In this document: positions 1 to 12,680 of the stretch, piece after piece
Position numbering within the stretch: position 1 is the stretch's first letter
How the letters are laid out: every line of letters begins with the position of its first letter
Assembly (NCBI GenBank): GCA_040954595.2
Contig: CM082593.2
Location: forward strand, 11,545,477 to 11,609,476
DNA from: Balanoglossus misakiensis
Taxonomy: Eukaryota > Animalia > Hemichordata
Length of the DNA: 64,000 nt
Direction of reading: 5' to 3'
Position numbers and translations under genes: made by a program
Notes under the pieces: model-generated
The model's input: the letters and a program-made list of their open reading frames with translations, nothing else
The model's database searches: none
Told to the model about the DNA's origin: nothing

Positions 1-3000
1 ATATAATTGTTGTTGTTTTTTGGTAAAACAGACTACATCTCTACTAAAAGGTAACTAAATTCATGTAGAATATATCACAGGTTGCATTGACAAGCAGGTA
101 AGACTTTGTTTCATATCTGACAATGATTATCAGACAATCACTTTCACAGAAAACACAAATATCACTGTTTTAAAGGGGGGAAAAGGCAAAAATTGCTACA
201 AGATTATATAAATTCTAATTTTGCAACCATTTGAAATAACCATGGTGACTCAAATCACAATTTTCACATTTTAAAGCTCATTTGCATAGTTTTGCAGATG
301 ACAACTTCAGTTGAACAAACTACCATCTACAGCCCGTCCTGCATCTTCACACCAAATATCGAGGTGGTATACCAAGCACTTTCAATTTTTGTTATGTGGA
401 CAGACATAACCCATTCCATAAGGTCCCACACACACACACGAAATGGGACAGATCAAATACATATCTGATCACACTGATGAGGACTGCCGTCTCGACACAG
501 TTTCCTGTGCTATCGTTGCCGTTGGTGGTGGAGGTAGGGCCGCCAGGTGAGCAGAAATCCTCCTTGGATCTGTTGCCTCCATAGGTTTTCTTTTCTGCAT
601 TCCTTCACGGTCTTGTAAACGCCTTTCAAGGATAATTCTCTTGATGTCTGTGATGTGTGGGTAGGTTTTTTTCTCTTTCTCTTGGAAGACACTCCATCTG
701 TTGCTTTTTTTGTTGAAGCGCCTATGAAGCCTGCATCAAGTATAATGATATGATGTAATTCATTCAAATCTACTTGGAAATGTGTCAATACCTAGATTTT
801 AAGTGTTAAAATATCTGAACTACTAATTTTTCAATTTGAAGAAAAGAAAGCTATGGTCGTTAATATATTTGAGCACATAATGCTACTAAAGCTGTGAAAA
901 AAATGGCCAATATAATGACTATACGTGACCCCAAATCGAGTTATTGTGTGTTAAACTAATTAGTTCAATTTCAACTGCAAGTGCAAAGGACATGTTAATT
1001 TTGGCTGATAAGTAGGTACAACACCAATTCACTACTCATAATAAAAAATACATCAGTAGGAAGAACTTACACAACTTCACCATTCTTTTTCCTCTTGACT
1101 GGCCTGTCATTGTGAACATTGTGGTCTATGGCAGCCAGCCTATTCCTCGCTCTGTACACGGGTGGTGTGTACGCATATCTCTTCCCTGCATACATTAAAA
1201 TATGCTGTTGGAATGTCTCTAGTTCTGCAGTACTCCTGAAAAACATGATGCATGGTAAGAGTTAAATTAAACATTCACATACATGCATAGCTTGTTGGCA
1301 AAACTGGTGACCACCAGGAAAGTATAAATAAAATGGATACAATAATAGTCATGTAAACTGGATGTGACTCATGTTGATATTAGTCAAATCATACCTGGGA
1401 AACACTACCATACATACACCAAATACCAAACTGGATATCATGTACCATGATTTTATAAGAAAGACATAAAATTAATTCAACTCCTTACCTAAAGTTAATC
1501 AAGTAATCCACTTTACTGAGGAATTGCTTGTTAAAAACAATTCTGACCAGGGCATTTGGCAGTAGGCAAGTGCCCACGAATGCTCGTTCACCACATGGTG
1601 AACAACACCACACCAAAGTCCCTGTAAATAACATGAGAACCGCTTGTTACTGGTATTTTGTTGCAAACTAAGATATGCTGGGATACAGATCTGATAATCT
1701 GCAGTTCCATGTGTTCTCACTAAGCAGGTCAATAGATTTTCATGTGATTAGGAAAAGAAAAAAACAATTTACTTTTCAGTGCGATAATTCAATGTCAACC
1801 AACATTTCTCGCAACTTCACTTGTAGTATATTTTAACAAAACATTGTATTATACCATCATCGATTGACTTGTGAGATTCACAGCTGCAGCCTTGTGAAAA
1901 TTTAGATGAGATTGATGTACAGTAGACAGAATTAATGCATGAGTGATAAGTAGCCCTTGTCTTCAAAAAACATCAAAGGCATACAAATCTCTCCAATGTC
2001 TCTTCCTGGAAAGCCATTTATACAGCAAACAACGAATTATTACGTACCTTAAACTCATCACATGTAGTAGCCTTGCCACAACAGTATCAAAAATGGTTCA
2101 CAATATGTCGGCTCCACTGTAGAAGAGCTTTACACTCCTTCTCCTGACCAGCCTGAATAAGGGGAAAACATGGAGCTTCATAGCAACTAAACAGGCCTTT
2201 CCTTGAGTCTTACGGTTTGATGGCATACATAGAGAGATTTATTCTAAAGCAATGTCATATAGAAAACAGAGCTATTTGGTTATCACAAATGGGAATTGTT
2301 GTATGATAGAGTTCCTGTCTGTCTATTTAAAAAAAATAAGTGACCAAGTCACCGTCAGAATTCCTGCATATCAAAATGAAAATTTAATTGACTCACCTTG
2401 ATTATTTTTTTCCCAAGATTTTTGGCAGCATGCCACACATCAAGTGAATGCTTGATATTGCCATATCGGTTTCCTATAAAATTGTGACAAAAACAAGGGT
2501 TTCTGTGATGTGACAAAACAGGCATGCACTTTTTCTATGCACATGGAATAACAATAGTTTTAAAACATATTTGATTGAAAAAATGACACTAATTTTTGAG
2601 TAGTCAGGATAAAAACTGCATTAAAGTTGTATTTAGCTGAGCTTCAAACTTACTCATCAAAGCTACAATCTGGGAATGAGAATCCGTCGTCACTTCAATG
2701 ACTTTTGCCTCTTGGGCCAATAGATGGTCCAACGTCTTTTGAAATGCTGCTTTCTCCATCACTGTAGACTTTCTTTCCGTCTGCCTTTTGTCCAATGTTA
2801 TGATGTCGAGAATGTCTTTTGACTCATACTCCATGAACGTATATGAGCAATACTGGGCGCAAAACCCTGGGGAATCCATCCTCCCATCACCTTTCAAAAT
2901 AAAAGGAAACATATGTTTGAGTATTATCGGTATAGTTTTCAACAATACTTAGTATAGGACATTTTTTGTAAACTGATTACTATTTGGCACTAAGAAAATT

Positions 3001-6000
3001 CATTATGAATATACAGAAAGACATGTAGCTGCACCTACTTTGGGGTTACATGGTTTATAATATCAAGTCTCTATTATAATAAGGGAGACTGCTTACAGTT
3101 GAGATAATTATGTCTTTACATAGGTGTCATAAACATTCACATTTCAGGACTGTGATTAACAATTTCAAAACAAACTTATGAAAAACTCTAATATACAAGG
3201 ATACAGCAATTGAAATTTGGAACTCTCTAACATGTTTAGGTGCAATGATTTCTTCTTACCCATTATCACAAGTTCTTTGTCGGCATGTTTCCTTACAATT
3301 TCCTGCTGATGAGTCTCCCAATATTGATCAACACTTGGCACCAGGTAATGTCTCTGTATCTTCAAATACGTACTGGAACTGACTATGTTCAGATTCAACA
3401 TGCTGGCAAACAATGCTATTTTAGTGTAGTTGTTGCCTGACGTGAGAATAGCAGCTGACGTCAATAAATCGCCACTATGAAGCCTTCTGTTAAGGAGAGG
3501 TTGAGAGCACCACTTGTAAGCCAGGTGGCCAGATGGGCAAACCTAAAAAAATATACATCAAACATCATATAAATATGACTTCCTTTCTACAACTTTGCAC
3601 AGTTTAACACTAAGGGATGCACAAAAGCTGGCTGTTAATATTCAGTTCTTTTCTTTTTCAAATTTGTGAGTTTAGAACATAAGGCATGTATGAAACAATA
3701 TCACTTATCAACATTTTCTAAAAAATACACGTACCCATGACAAATACAGAGCTGACCCAACAGACTGAGATGAAATTGTCAGACTTTCGTTGCAATTTCC
3801 TTCACGGCACGTTGACTGTTTCACTGTTTTAGCCAACAAGAGAAGCTGCTGCAGTGATATTAGATAAAACTTCTCCTGAAGGAGGCTGTCAACATCTGTG
3901 CCCATTTGCACCCTCACAATACCAGGAGATATTTCATCTTGTTCATGGGTCTCTTCAGTGTTCTCCTGGTCCTGGTCATCATCACTGTCATCCTCATTCT
4001 CCGAGTTTTCGGATGCCAGATCCTCTAGGTCCACTCCCCGGGGTCTGTAAAATGAAATTTCAATTAAAGTCAAAGGAAAAAAAATGGGGGGAAATGGGAA
4101 GGTAGGCCAGAAAATTAAAAATGAAACTTCTAAAAATGAAAATACTCACTGAATGGTTAAATTTATACTGGGTTCATAGTCTGGGTCGTCATCGTCTTCA
4201 TCAGAACCTTGGTAATGATCTTGATTCAAATCTCCTGTTATATCTATAGTCACACTGTAGAGTATGATAAGATATGCATGGATGAAAATATAAATGGGAA
4301 ATCAAACAAAATAGATTTAACCCAAAAGTTTAAAGCTCCACTAACAATTAATTCTAGGTATTTGTTCAACTTTATAGTACTAATCACTTTGCCATTAGTA
4401 TTAGTTAGCTCTGTAACTCTGGCAACTTCACAACTTCTCTTCACTCAAAAAATAATGTTTTTAATACAGTTTTGACTAATCTTAAAATGACATGAATCAC
4501 CAACAATACATAATTTTTTTTACATTTGTTGTGGATATAATCTAGCATGTTCCATGTACAAATATGCCCAACATACACTTACTCAAATGGATCTACAAAT
4601 GATTCAGTCATTGTGCTCTTTCTTCTGGTTTTATCACTGTAAAATAAATCATTAAAACATTATTGTTATTGTCAAAATTTCTGTCATAACAAACTTAAAA
4701 TTCAGATGTCCTGATAAAAACTGCTTCTCATTTTGACCACATGGTACAGAAATTTGTTACATACCTTGTCTTATCTTGTGTCTTGGTTGAGCCAGACAAT
4801 GCAGGGAGTTCTTCTATTCCTGACATTTGACTCGTTTCCCTGAAACATTCAAACAAGTTTTAGAAATTGGCACAAATTGTTGTTCACATATTTTGAAACT
4901 TGAAAGTAGTATTATAATACCCATGTTGACTTGTAGAAAAGTTTGTTATAGTGTTATACTAGCAGACTATAAGGCACAGTATACTCAGTCCAAAAGCAAA
5001 AGCTATTACCACTACTAGGTCTATGACCATTAAATTGCCAGATTGTCTTGTTATGGACCATAGGTCAAAAAGAACATAAAATGCAATGATTGTAAATAGC
5101 AAATGCCTAGGTAGAGCCCTGAGTAAATGAATAAAAAATCTTACCCATGATCACTGGACACAATTGATGACATCTCTGACATCTCAGACATTCTTGCAAT
5201 ATGTTGTTGGCCTGCAGTGGGTGTTGAACTTCGAGGATGTTTGGAGGGTCGTTTCCTTTAAAAATACATGTACCCATAAATTATGAAGTTGTACAAACAC
5301 CAATTTAGATAATATTGTTATTCAATCCTGATTTTTCTCTAGTGTCTAAAAGATGAACAGATTTACTTGACTCAAATGTTTGTGTTTGAGATCAAGAGAG
5401 CTGCACTTGGTTTATTTGTGAAGTACAATGTAAATGGATTGTCCCTTTGTTTGCAGGATTGAACCCTGTTTTACATGCATGAACCCATGTTGAACACAAA
5501 CCTGAACTTCTTACACACCTGATAACAAGTTAACCGACAATGGTATGGGCGATTTATACAAAACAGGTTAAAAATATTACTTACCCATGACCAGATGAAA
5601 CTGAAGATGAGCACGAAATGTCTTGCTGCAATGGCTCAACGCCAACCGTCACATGTGACGAAGCTTGACCACTCGTGCTTGGAACAGGCTGAAATGTAGT
5701 ACCTTGGTCTGGGGAGTCCGGTGACTGTTCATTTCGGTTTTTATTGTAACTGTGACAAGATCAGAAATCGAAATATTTTGATCAGATGTTTAACAAATCT
5801 TACGGATTTGAAACCGGCGGACAAAAGAACACGATGGACGAAGATTTAGATGAAGAGTTAAAATGACGATTTACACTTTACACAGTGTGTAAACATTGAC
5901 ATGCCAACAAAAACTACAAAGGGTTGTTCACTACGTTGACAGTGACGCACCGAACATAGGCGATGTTGTCGTGATTTTGATTCGAGTTTTGGTATTTCCG

Positions 6001-6586
6001 AACATTTGGATGGTCAAAAAATGTCATTTCAAAGGCCAAAATATGACGATCGTTGGATATAGTACATGTACATGTACGTGTATTGCTGATTTGTCCAAGG
6101 CATCACCGCAGTTCGAAAGCCCGTCCTACTTACTAATCAATCAGCTCCTCGGCCAAATCGGGGTTTGAAAGCCCTGTTTCGTCGATTAATTCAATCCATC
6201 TATCCATCTGTCGTCCGATATACACCATGGACCGACGTTTTGTCAAATTGCTTTGTTGCTGTCTCCTCTTCTTCGCCGAGTCTGTCACAGCCGGCCGGCC
6301 TGGCCGACGTTTAGCTGTGCGGGACGCCATGTTCTCGTGAAGAATTTACTGCGCATGCGCGAGACTCGCGTTTTCTGTGTAATCTGTGTACTCCTGCCCT
6401 GGACGCCGCCATAATCGCTTGCCGCAACGTTTTATTATATGTCTTGCTCGTAGTTACGCGTGCGATTTTTGTCGCTGGTCAGATATATGTGTTTATGTAC
6501 GCTTCAATAAGTATATCTACATGAGCAATCTTTCATTTGAATGTAAAATAATGAAAATAATGCCCACAGTTACAGCTTAGGTGCCT
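1..6586 (-). mobile_element. Kolobok-superfamily DNA transposon, autonomous type; other end lies left of the window
   Basis: On the minus strand the terminus reads TTAA|AGGCACCTAAGCTGTAACT (TTAA at 6587-6590). It matches the TIR of the MITE at 48801-49304. The element contains a DDE transposase gene. A TTAA target with an AGG terminus is characteristic of Kolobok/T2 elements. Confidence 0.8.
469..6330 (-). pseudogene. Kolobok-type DDE transposase, 14 exons, about 760 codons, inactivated
   Basis: Exons spliced by hand at GT-AG sites with consistent phase: 6330-6134, 5749-5585, 5255-5145, 4839-4765, 4636-4583, 4254-4150, 4044-3735, 3542-3260, 2890-2654, 2473-2397, 2152-2048, 1621-1489, 1235-1071, 730-469. 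Motifs: RRPGRP, GDGRMDSPGFCAQYCSY, VTTDSH, HSLDVWH, STAELETF, LAAIDHN. Lesions: in-frame TGA at 2087-2089 (HF*YC) and a frameshifting deletion in exon 12. Confidence 0.85.
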
Positions 6587-8727
6587 TTAAGCTATGACGC
6601 TATGTCCACGTCGGCTGTGTAATGGTCCTGTACAGTGACTCTCTATTGGCCCGTGAGCAGAATGGGACCACAATAAAAGACCAAATTTTGGGCTCACCTG
6701 TAACACCTGCTTAACTCATTAATTATGTGCATACCTAATTCCAGGCTAACTAAAACGGCTAGAGGTTTTGTTCTTGTGGGACATGGACCAGTATGGGATC
6801 AAAAATTTTTGCCCAAATTTTGGGTGACCTCAGGTGACCTTTGACCTACTTTCCTATATCTCGGCATCCACAGCAGGTACAGACTTGGCGTTTGGAGGGT
6901 TGTGACTAAAATTGAAAAGACAAAATTAGGGTTCACCTGTGACACCTGCTTATCTCATTAATTATGTGCATACCTAATTCCAGGGTAGCCAATAGGGCTA
7001 GAGGTTTGATTTTTGTTGAACATGGACCAGTATGGGGTTAAAATTTCTTGCCCAATTTTGGATGACCTCAAGTGACCTTTGACCTACTTTACCATATCTC
7101 GGCAACCAGCGCAGATACAGCCTTGGCATTTGGAGGCATGGAACTCCTAATGAAGCCTGAAACGTTACCTCATTAATTATGTGCATATCTAATTCTAGGC
7201 GAACCAATAGGGTTAGAGGCCTGATTTTTGTTGGACCTGGACTGGTATGGGGTCAAAAATTTTTGCTAAACTTTCGGATGGCCTCAGGTGACCTTTAACC
7301 TACTTTCCTATATCTCGGCATCCAGGACAGGTACAGCATTTGTGTTTGGATGGATCGAACTATTGATAGAGTCTTACACTTTACATCATTAATTATGCGC
7401 ATATCTAATTTCAGACAAACCAATAGGGCTAGAGGTCTGGTTTCTGTTGGACCTGGACTAGTATGGGGGTCAAAACTTTTTGCCCAAATTTTGGGTGACC
7501 ACATATGACCTTTGACCTTCGGCTTAAGCTTGTGCCCGTCATCGCTGCTTGCAGCTATATTCTTCTACTTCTTTTTCTTCTTCTGTCGTTTTCTTTGGCG
7601 AGGTAGATCTGGAAAACTGCTAAACCTACCAATTTCAAACTTGGCACAATGGTGCAGGCCAATGAGAGCTAGTGCAGTACCCTTGTGAATGTTTAATAAG
7701 TCATGTGACCTGATGACCATATATGGGCAAAATTTTCAAATCGACCTAATTTGCATATGAATGGAGATATCAAAATTCTGTTCAGATTCTTTGTGGACCA
7801 CATAGCCAGGGTTCTACATGCCAAATGTCAAGGCCATAGGCCATGTCAATTTTGAGAAGAAGATTTTTAAGTATTATTTTTCATATTTTTCGCCCAAGCC
7901 ATGTGCCTATACTTTACATAGTAAAGCTATGACAACATATTATTTTGGATAAATATGCATACATATCTCAAAATCTGTTAGGCCGATCATCTCCAACTTT
8001 GGTGTGCAGCTAGCCTAGCATTTGTCAATAATTTTAAGCGGAAAAAAATAATATGAAAAATCGACCGATTTTTTTATATCAATTTTTTTATTAAATTTAT
8101 ACCTTTACTTATACCTCTATGGTTAAGCTATGTCCATGTCTTATTGTGGAATTCTGGTCTGTGCAATAGTCTTGTACAGTGACTATCTATTGGTCAGTGA
8201 GCACAATGGCACCAAAATAGAAGGCAAAATTTTAGGCTCACCTGTAACACCTGCTTAACTCATTAATTATGTGCAAACCTAATTCCAGGCTAACCAATAG
8301 GGCTATAGGTTTGGTTTTTGTTGAACATGGACCAGTATAGGGTCAAAATTTCTTGCCCAAATTTTGTATGACCTCAGGTGACCTTTGACCTACTTTACCA
8401 TATCTTGGCATCCAGAGCAGGTACAGACTTGGCGTTTGGAGGGTTGCGACTAAAATTGAAAAGGCAACACTGGGGGTCACCTGTGACACCTGCCTAACTC
8501 ATTAATTATGTGCATACCTAATTCCAGGCTAACCAATAGGGTTATAAGTTTGGTTTTTGTTGAACATGGACCAGTATAGGGTCAAAATTTCTTGCCCAAA
8601 TTCTGCATGAACTCAGGTGACCTTTGACCTACTTTACCATATCTTGGCATCCAGAGCAGATATGCTTATTGCTATGTTGCTATGTGCTATGTTGGCTTGG
8701 GCCCGCTATTGCTGCTTGCAGCTATAT
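6587..8727 (+). mobile_element. Helentron/Helitron2-like non-autonomous element, two head-to-tail copies with internal ~240-bp tandem repeats
   Basis: Both copies end in GCTTG(G/T)GCCCG...GCTGC-TT-GCAGC-TATATT (hairpins at 7544-7555 and 8711-8722). A CTT-rich tract follows 7560. The ~240-bp unit (CACCTGTAACACCTGCTTAACTCATTAATTATGTGCATACC) recurs at about 6692, 6932, 8236 and 8476. The family assignment rests on terminal structure only. Confidence 0.55.
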
Positions 8728-8739
8728 TGTTGTAATTGT

Positions 8740-9957
8740 GATGAGTTGGGTTTGCGAATGACCCATCTTCCCTCATTCGTTCAAGCAGTGCATGCTTCGT
8801 GGATTAACAGATTAATGTCCAATCAATATTCTCAGTGGATAGAAATGTTTAAACTGTGGGTATATCCCCTGCTATCTTACCCACTTCACCCCCGCTCAGG
8901 TCGTGGAGTTTGCCAGAAACAGATTTTCACGTCATACCTTCTGGTACCTAGTACTACTATGTTGGTCAAAAACTATACCCCCCCCCCCCGACCCTATTAA
9001 TAACATAAAAAAGTGTATATGGTTCAACCAGAGCTGAAAGTGAACAACGCTACCATATTTTATAAAAACTGGTATGATAATGTTGTAATGTATATTTCGG
9101 ATTTATTAGATTTTTCCGGTTCCATTTTATCTTTCCAAGATTTTAGTAACAGACATAATTTTTCACCAAACTTCATATGGGTTTAATCAACGCTTTTCCA
9201 AGATCACGGTTCAGAAAGATTCAGCAACAAGGCTCTGTAAATAATGCCCACCCAAACATGTATTACACAAATAGATCCTGAAAAAAACCTACTCTATTTT
9301 ACTTATTTTTGAAGAATAATCTTAAACCGATGAGATGTACGCAAAAATGGAAAGACCTCTTCGGGAATTTTGATTCGCAATTACACTATGCTTTACCATT
9401 TATTGTAACAAAGGATTCTACTTTGCGTAATTTTCAATTCAGAATTGCTAGTAGAATCTGTACTACAAATACATTTTTAAAGATAAGGGGGAAAATGCGA
9501 TTCTGTGAAATGCACCTTCTGTGAAAATTGTGAGGAAATCCTTATACATTTATTTTTCGAATGCGACTGTATTTTGTCTTTTTGGAAGGATGTAGAGTTG
9601 CAATTACAGACAAAGTGTAATATTGCCATTGAGCTGTCCCTTTTGATGTTTTGGTGGGTATAAAATAGAATTTTCAAAGTAACCACACAAACGATGAGTG
9701 GTTAGCCCTGAATTACTTTATATTACTTTCAAAGACTTTTATCTTTAAATATAAATTTAAGCCAGTATTGCCAAACCTTCGCACATTTTTATCTTACCTC
9801 AATAATATACAAAAAATTGATACTTACCAAGCAAAGGCAATGGAGAATCACACACACTACAGGTACTGGAATATTTTCAAAAAATTCTGTACTTGAACAT
9901 TTTGTTTTCTTTTGAGATGTAGAGATGTTTTGTCTAGTTTATGACAATAAAAAAAAT
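8740..9957 (+). mobile_element. 5'-truncated, degraded Tx1/L1-clade LINE (ORF2 C-terminus and A-rich tail)
   Basis: Fragments GLRMTHLPSFVQAVHASWINRL, TKDSTLRNFQFRIASRICTTNTFL and a zf-RVT-like C-x-F-C...HLFFEC motif, with many frameshifts. Ends in AATAAAAAAAA at about 9946-9957. Confidence 0.75.
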
Positions 9958-10970
9958 AATCCAAACCTAAAAAGTTGTCAAAAATTTGCTTCGCAAAAAG
10001 AAAAATCACAATAGTTGCTTTGTCTTTGGGTTGAATATTTTCAAAATTGCCGAAGAAAATAATTTAAAAATCATATAATTAAATAATCAAAAATTAATTT
10101 TACTCCTATTTGCACTTCCCGTAAAGAGCAGTGTCTAAGCTTTCTAAAAATATAAGGTTTATGTACTTTGAAGCTAGCTTTATTGTTGTAGGAGAGGATA
10201 TAGTACCCCCTACCCCAAGACCATGCGTAATCCCATAGGATACATGCATTTCAAAGTTGTCTCTAAAGAAGTATTGTATTGTTATATAACTAATGTTAAC
10301 ATTTGTTTTCTTGTTTAATAAATAGAAGTCAATAATCCAAACCCCCAAAAGATGTCAAAAATTTGCTTCACAAAAAGAAAATCACAATTGTTGCGTTGTC
10401 TTTGGGGTGAATATTTTCAAAATTGCCGAAAAAATTAATTTAAAAATCTTATAATTAAATATTCATAATTTTTTTATAATTAAGTTTGTGCTTCCCGTAA
10501 AGAGCAGTGTCTAAGCTTTCTAAAAATATAAGGTTTATGTAATTTTTTGCTAGTTTTATTTTTTTAGGAGAGGATATAGTACCCCCTACGCCAAGACCAT
10601 GCGTAATCCCATAGGATACATGCATTTCAAAGTTGTCTCTAAAGAAGTATTGTATTGTTAAATAACTAATGTTAACATTTGTTTTCTTGTTTAATATATA
10701 GAATTAAATAATCCAAACCTAAAAAGTAGTCAAAAATTTGCTTCACAAAAATAAAATCACAATTGTAACATTGTCTTTTGAGTGAAAACTTTCAAAATTG
10801 CCGAAAAAATTAATTTAAAAATCATATAATTAAATATTCATAAATATTGTTTAATAAAGTTTGTGCTTCCCGTAAAGAGCAGTATCTAAGCTTTCTAAAA
10901 AATATAAGGTTTATGTAATTTCATGGTAGTTTTATTTTTTTATGAGAGAATATAGTACCCCCTACCCCAA
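9956..10970. repeat. 376-bp tandem repeat, about 2.7 copies
   Basis: ATAATCCAAACC recurs at 9956, 10332 and 10708, and the units align throughout. Confidence 0.9.
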
Positions 10971-11158
10971 CTCATTTTTCGCCATTTTGAGCGGCACATA
11001 CCATTCAAAAACCACCCCGGAGGGGTAGTGCAACCCAAAATATTCAATGTTAACATTTTTTTTCTTGTTCAGCACGTTCTATAGAACAAAAAAATACCCA
11101 AGTGGTAGGTTTATGGGGGGGTGGTGGTGCTCGGTGGACCCCTCCAGCCCACGGACTA
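9956..11158. mobile_element. End of a DNA transposon, tentatively Academ-like, with the 376-bp subterminal repeats
   Basis: The sequence ends ...CCCACGGACTA (reverse complement TAGTCCGTGG) and joins the macrosatellite abruptly in mid-unit at 11159. TAG.. termini are recalled for Academ. The partner TIR is not visible. Confidence 0.4.
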
Positions 11159-11919
11159 TCTGCATTTTTGGAGTGGTCGAAAGTTTTAACATACAATCAA
11201 CATGTCATATATGATCAGGGCACCAAATTCGAAGAACAAAGATTTTTTTAGTTTTTTTTTTCTAAAAATGACATTTTCAAGGAAAATTTGGTAAAACGCA
11301 ATTTTGTCTGCAGTGAGGCAAATTAGACGGTCTTTTGTGGAATTTGTATCGATATATATATATACGAAGAGCATTCTATACTCCATCAGATTTCCGAAAA
11401 TGTAGAAAACAGGTATTTTTTGTAATTTTCAAAAATTTACAATTTCGACCAAATTGTTATTTTCGTGTTGAATGCCGCCAGTGTCACTGCTTTTAAAAGT
11501 CATAAAAACTTTTAACATACAAGCAATTGTTTATATATGATCAGGTCACCGAATTAAAAAATAAAGAATGTTTTGACTAAAAATCAGCTCATTCAGAGTG
11601 CATTTTTTATAATCAGCACTATTTTTACATATAATGGAAATTTCCTACATCATCAGATATCCAAATATGAAAAAATGATTTAGATATTAGATGATTGTCC
11701 AAAATTAGCTGATATCTAATAAATGTAGTATTGAACCGTTCCGTTCCCCCCCCCCCCCTTACATTATATGCGTTACGCCGATGTCAGCTTACCCGGCAGT
11801 ACTGCAGGCCGTGCCCCCAACTAACGTCGGTGTTTGAAACGTCCTGGTTAAATTCGGGCTTCCTCTATAAATTGACAGGCAATAATGCAGTCCTACCCGA
11901 ACAAATGTCGAGTGTTGAC

Positions 11920-12680
11920 CCGCTGTGACTTTCCCTCTTCGGTTTGCGCGACTTAGCCAATGTCTTTGTACTAGAGTGTCGGGTCTTTTGCAGAGCCAGG
12001 CCGAAGGAAATCCGACTTGATCACCGTTGCTAACGAACGCTAGTGTCTGTCATGGTGTGCCGGGGTTTTAGTCGAGCCAGGCCGTAGGAGATCTGACTTG
12101 ATCATCGTGGTCAATGTACGCGTGTTTCCGCTCTAAAGTGCCGGGGCTTCAGCTAAACCAGGCCGTAGGAAATCCGACGTAATCACCGTTGATAACTTAC
12201 GCCTGTCTGTGTCATATAGAGCCGGTGCACCAGCCGAGTCACGCCGTAGGAAATCTGACTTGATCTACGTGGTCAATGTACGCCTGTTTCTGCTCTAGAG
12301 TGCCGGGGCTTCAGCTGAGCCAGGCCGTAGGAAACCCGACGTGATTACCGTTGTTAACTTACGCCAGTCTGTGTCCTATATATAGTGCCGGGGCATCAGC
12401 CGTGCCAGGCCGAAGGAAATGTGAGTAGATCAACGTGGTCTCTGTACGCGTGTTTCTGCTCTAGAGTGCCGGGGCTTCAGCTGAGCCAGGCCGTAGGAAA
12501 CCCGACGTGATTACCGTTGTTAACTTACGCCAGTCTGTGTCCTATATATAGTGCCGGGGCATCAGCCGTGCCAGGCCGAAGGAAATGTGAGTAGATCAAC
12601 GTGGTCTCTGTACGCGTGTTTCTGCTCTAGAGTGTCAGGGTTTTAGCCGACTTATGCTGTAAGAAATCTGAGTTGATGAA
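11920..12680. repeat. 81-bp (variant 85-bp) GC-rich subrepeat array; representative copy, one per macrosatellite unit
   Basis: CCG(T/A)AGGA occurs at 12001, 12082, 12163, 12244, 12325, 12410, 12491 and 12576. Two types alternate (…CCGTTG(C/A/T)TAAC… and …CGTGGTC…TGTACGC…). Confidence 0.95.

Noticed and set aside
1-468. KolX accessory gene of Kolobok
   Set aside because: No KolX-like motif was recognised here. If present it lies outside the window.
12059-12143. 81-85-bp monomers as tRNA genes (A-box-like TAGCCGAGCCAGG, Leu/Ser-like length)
   Set aside because: There is no GTTCRA B-box, and the anticodon and acceptor stems do not pair into a cloverleaf.
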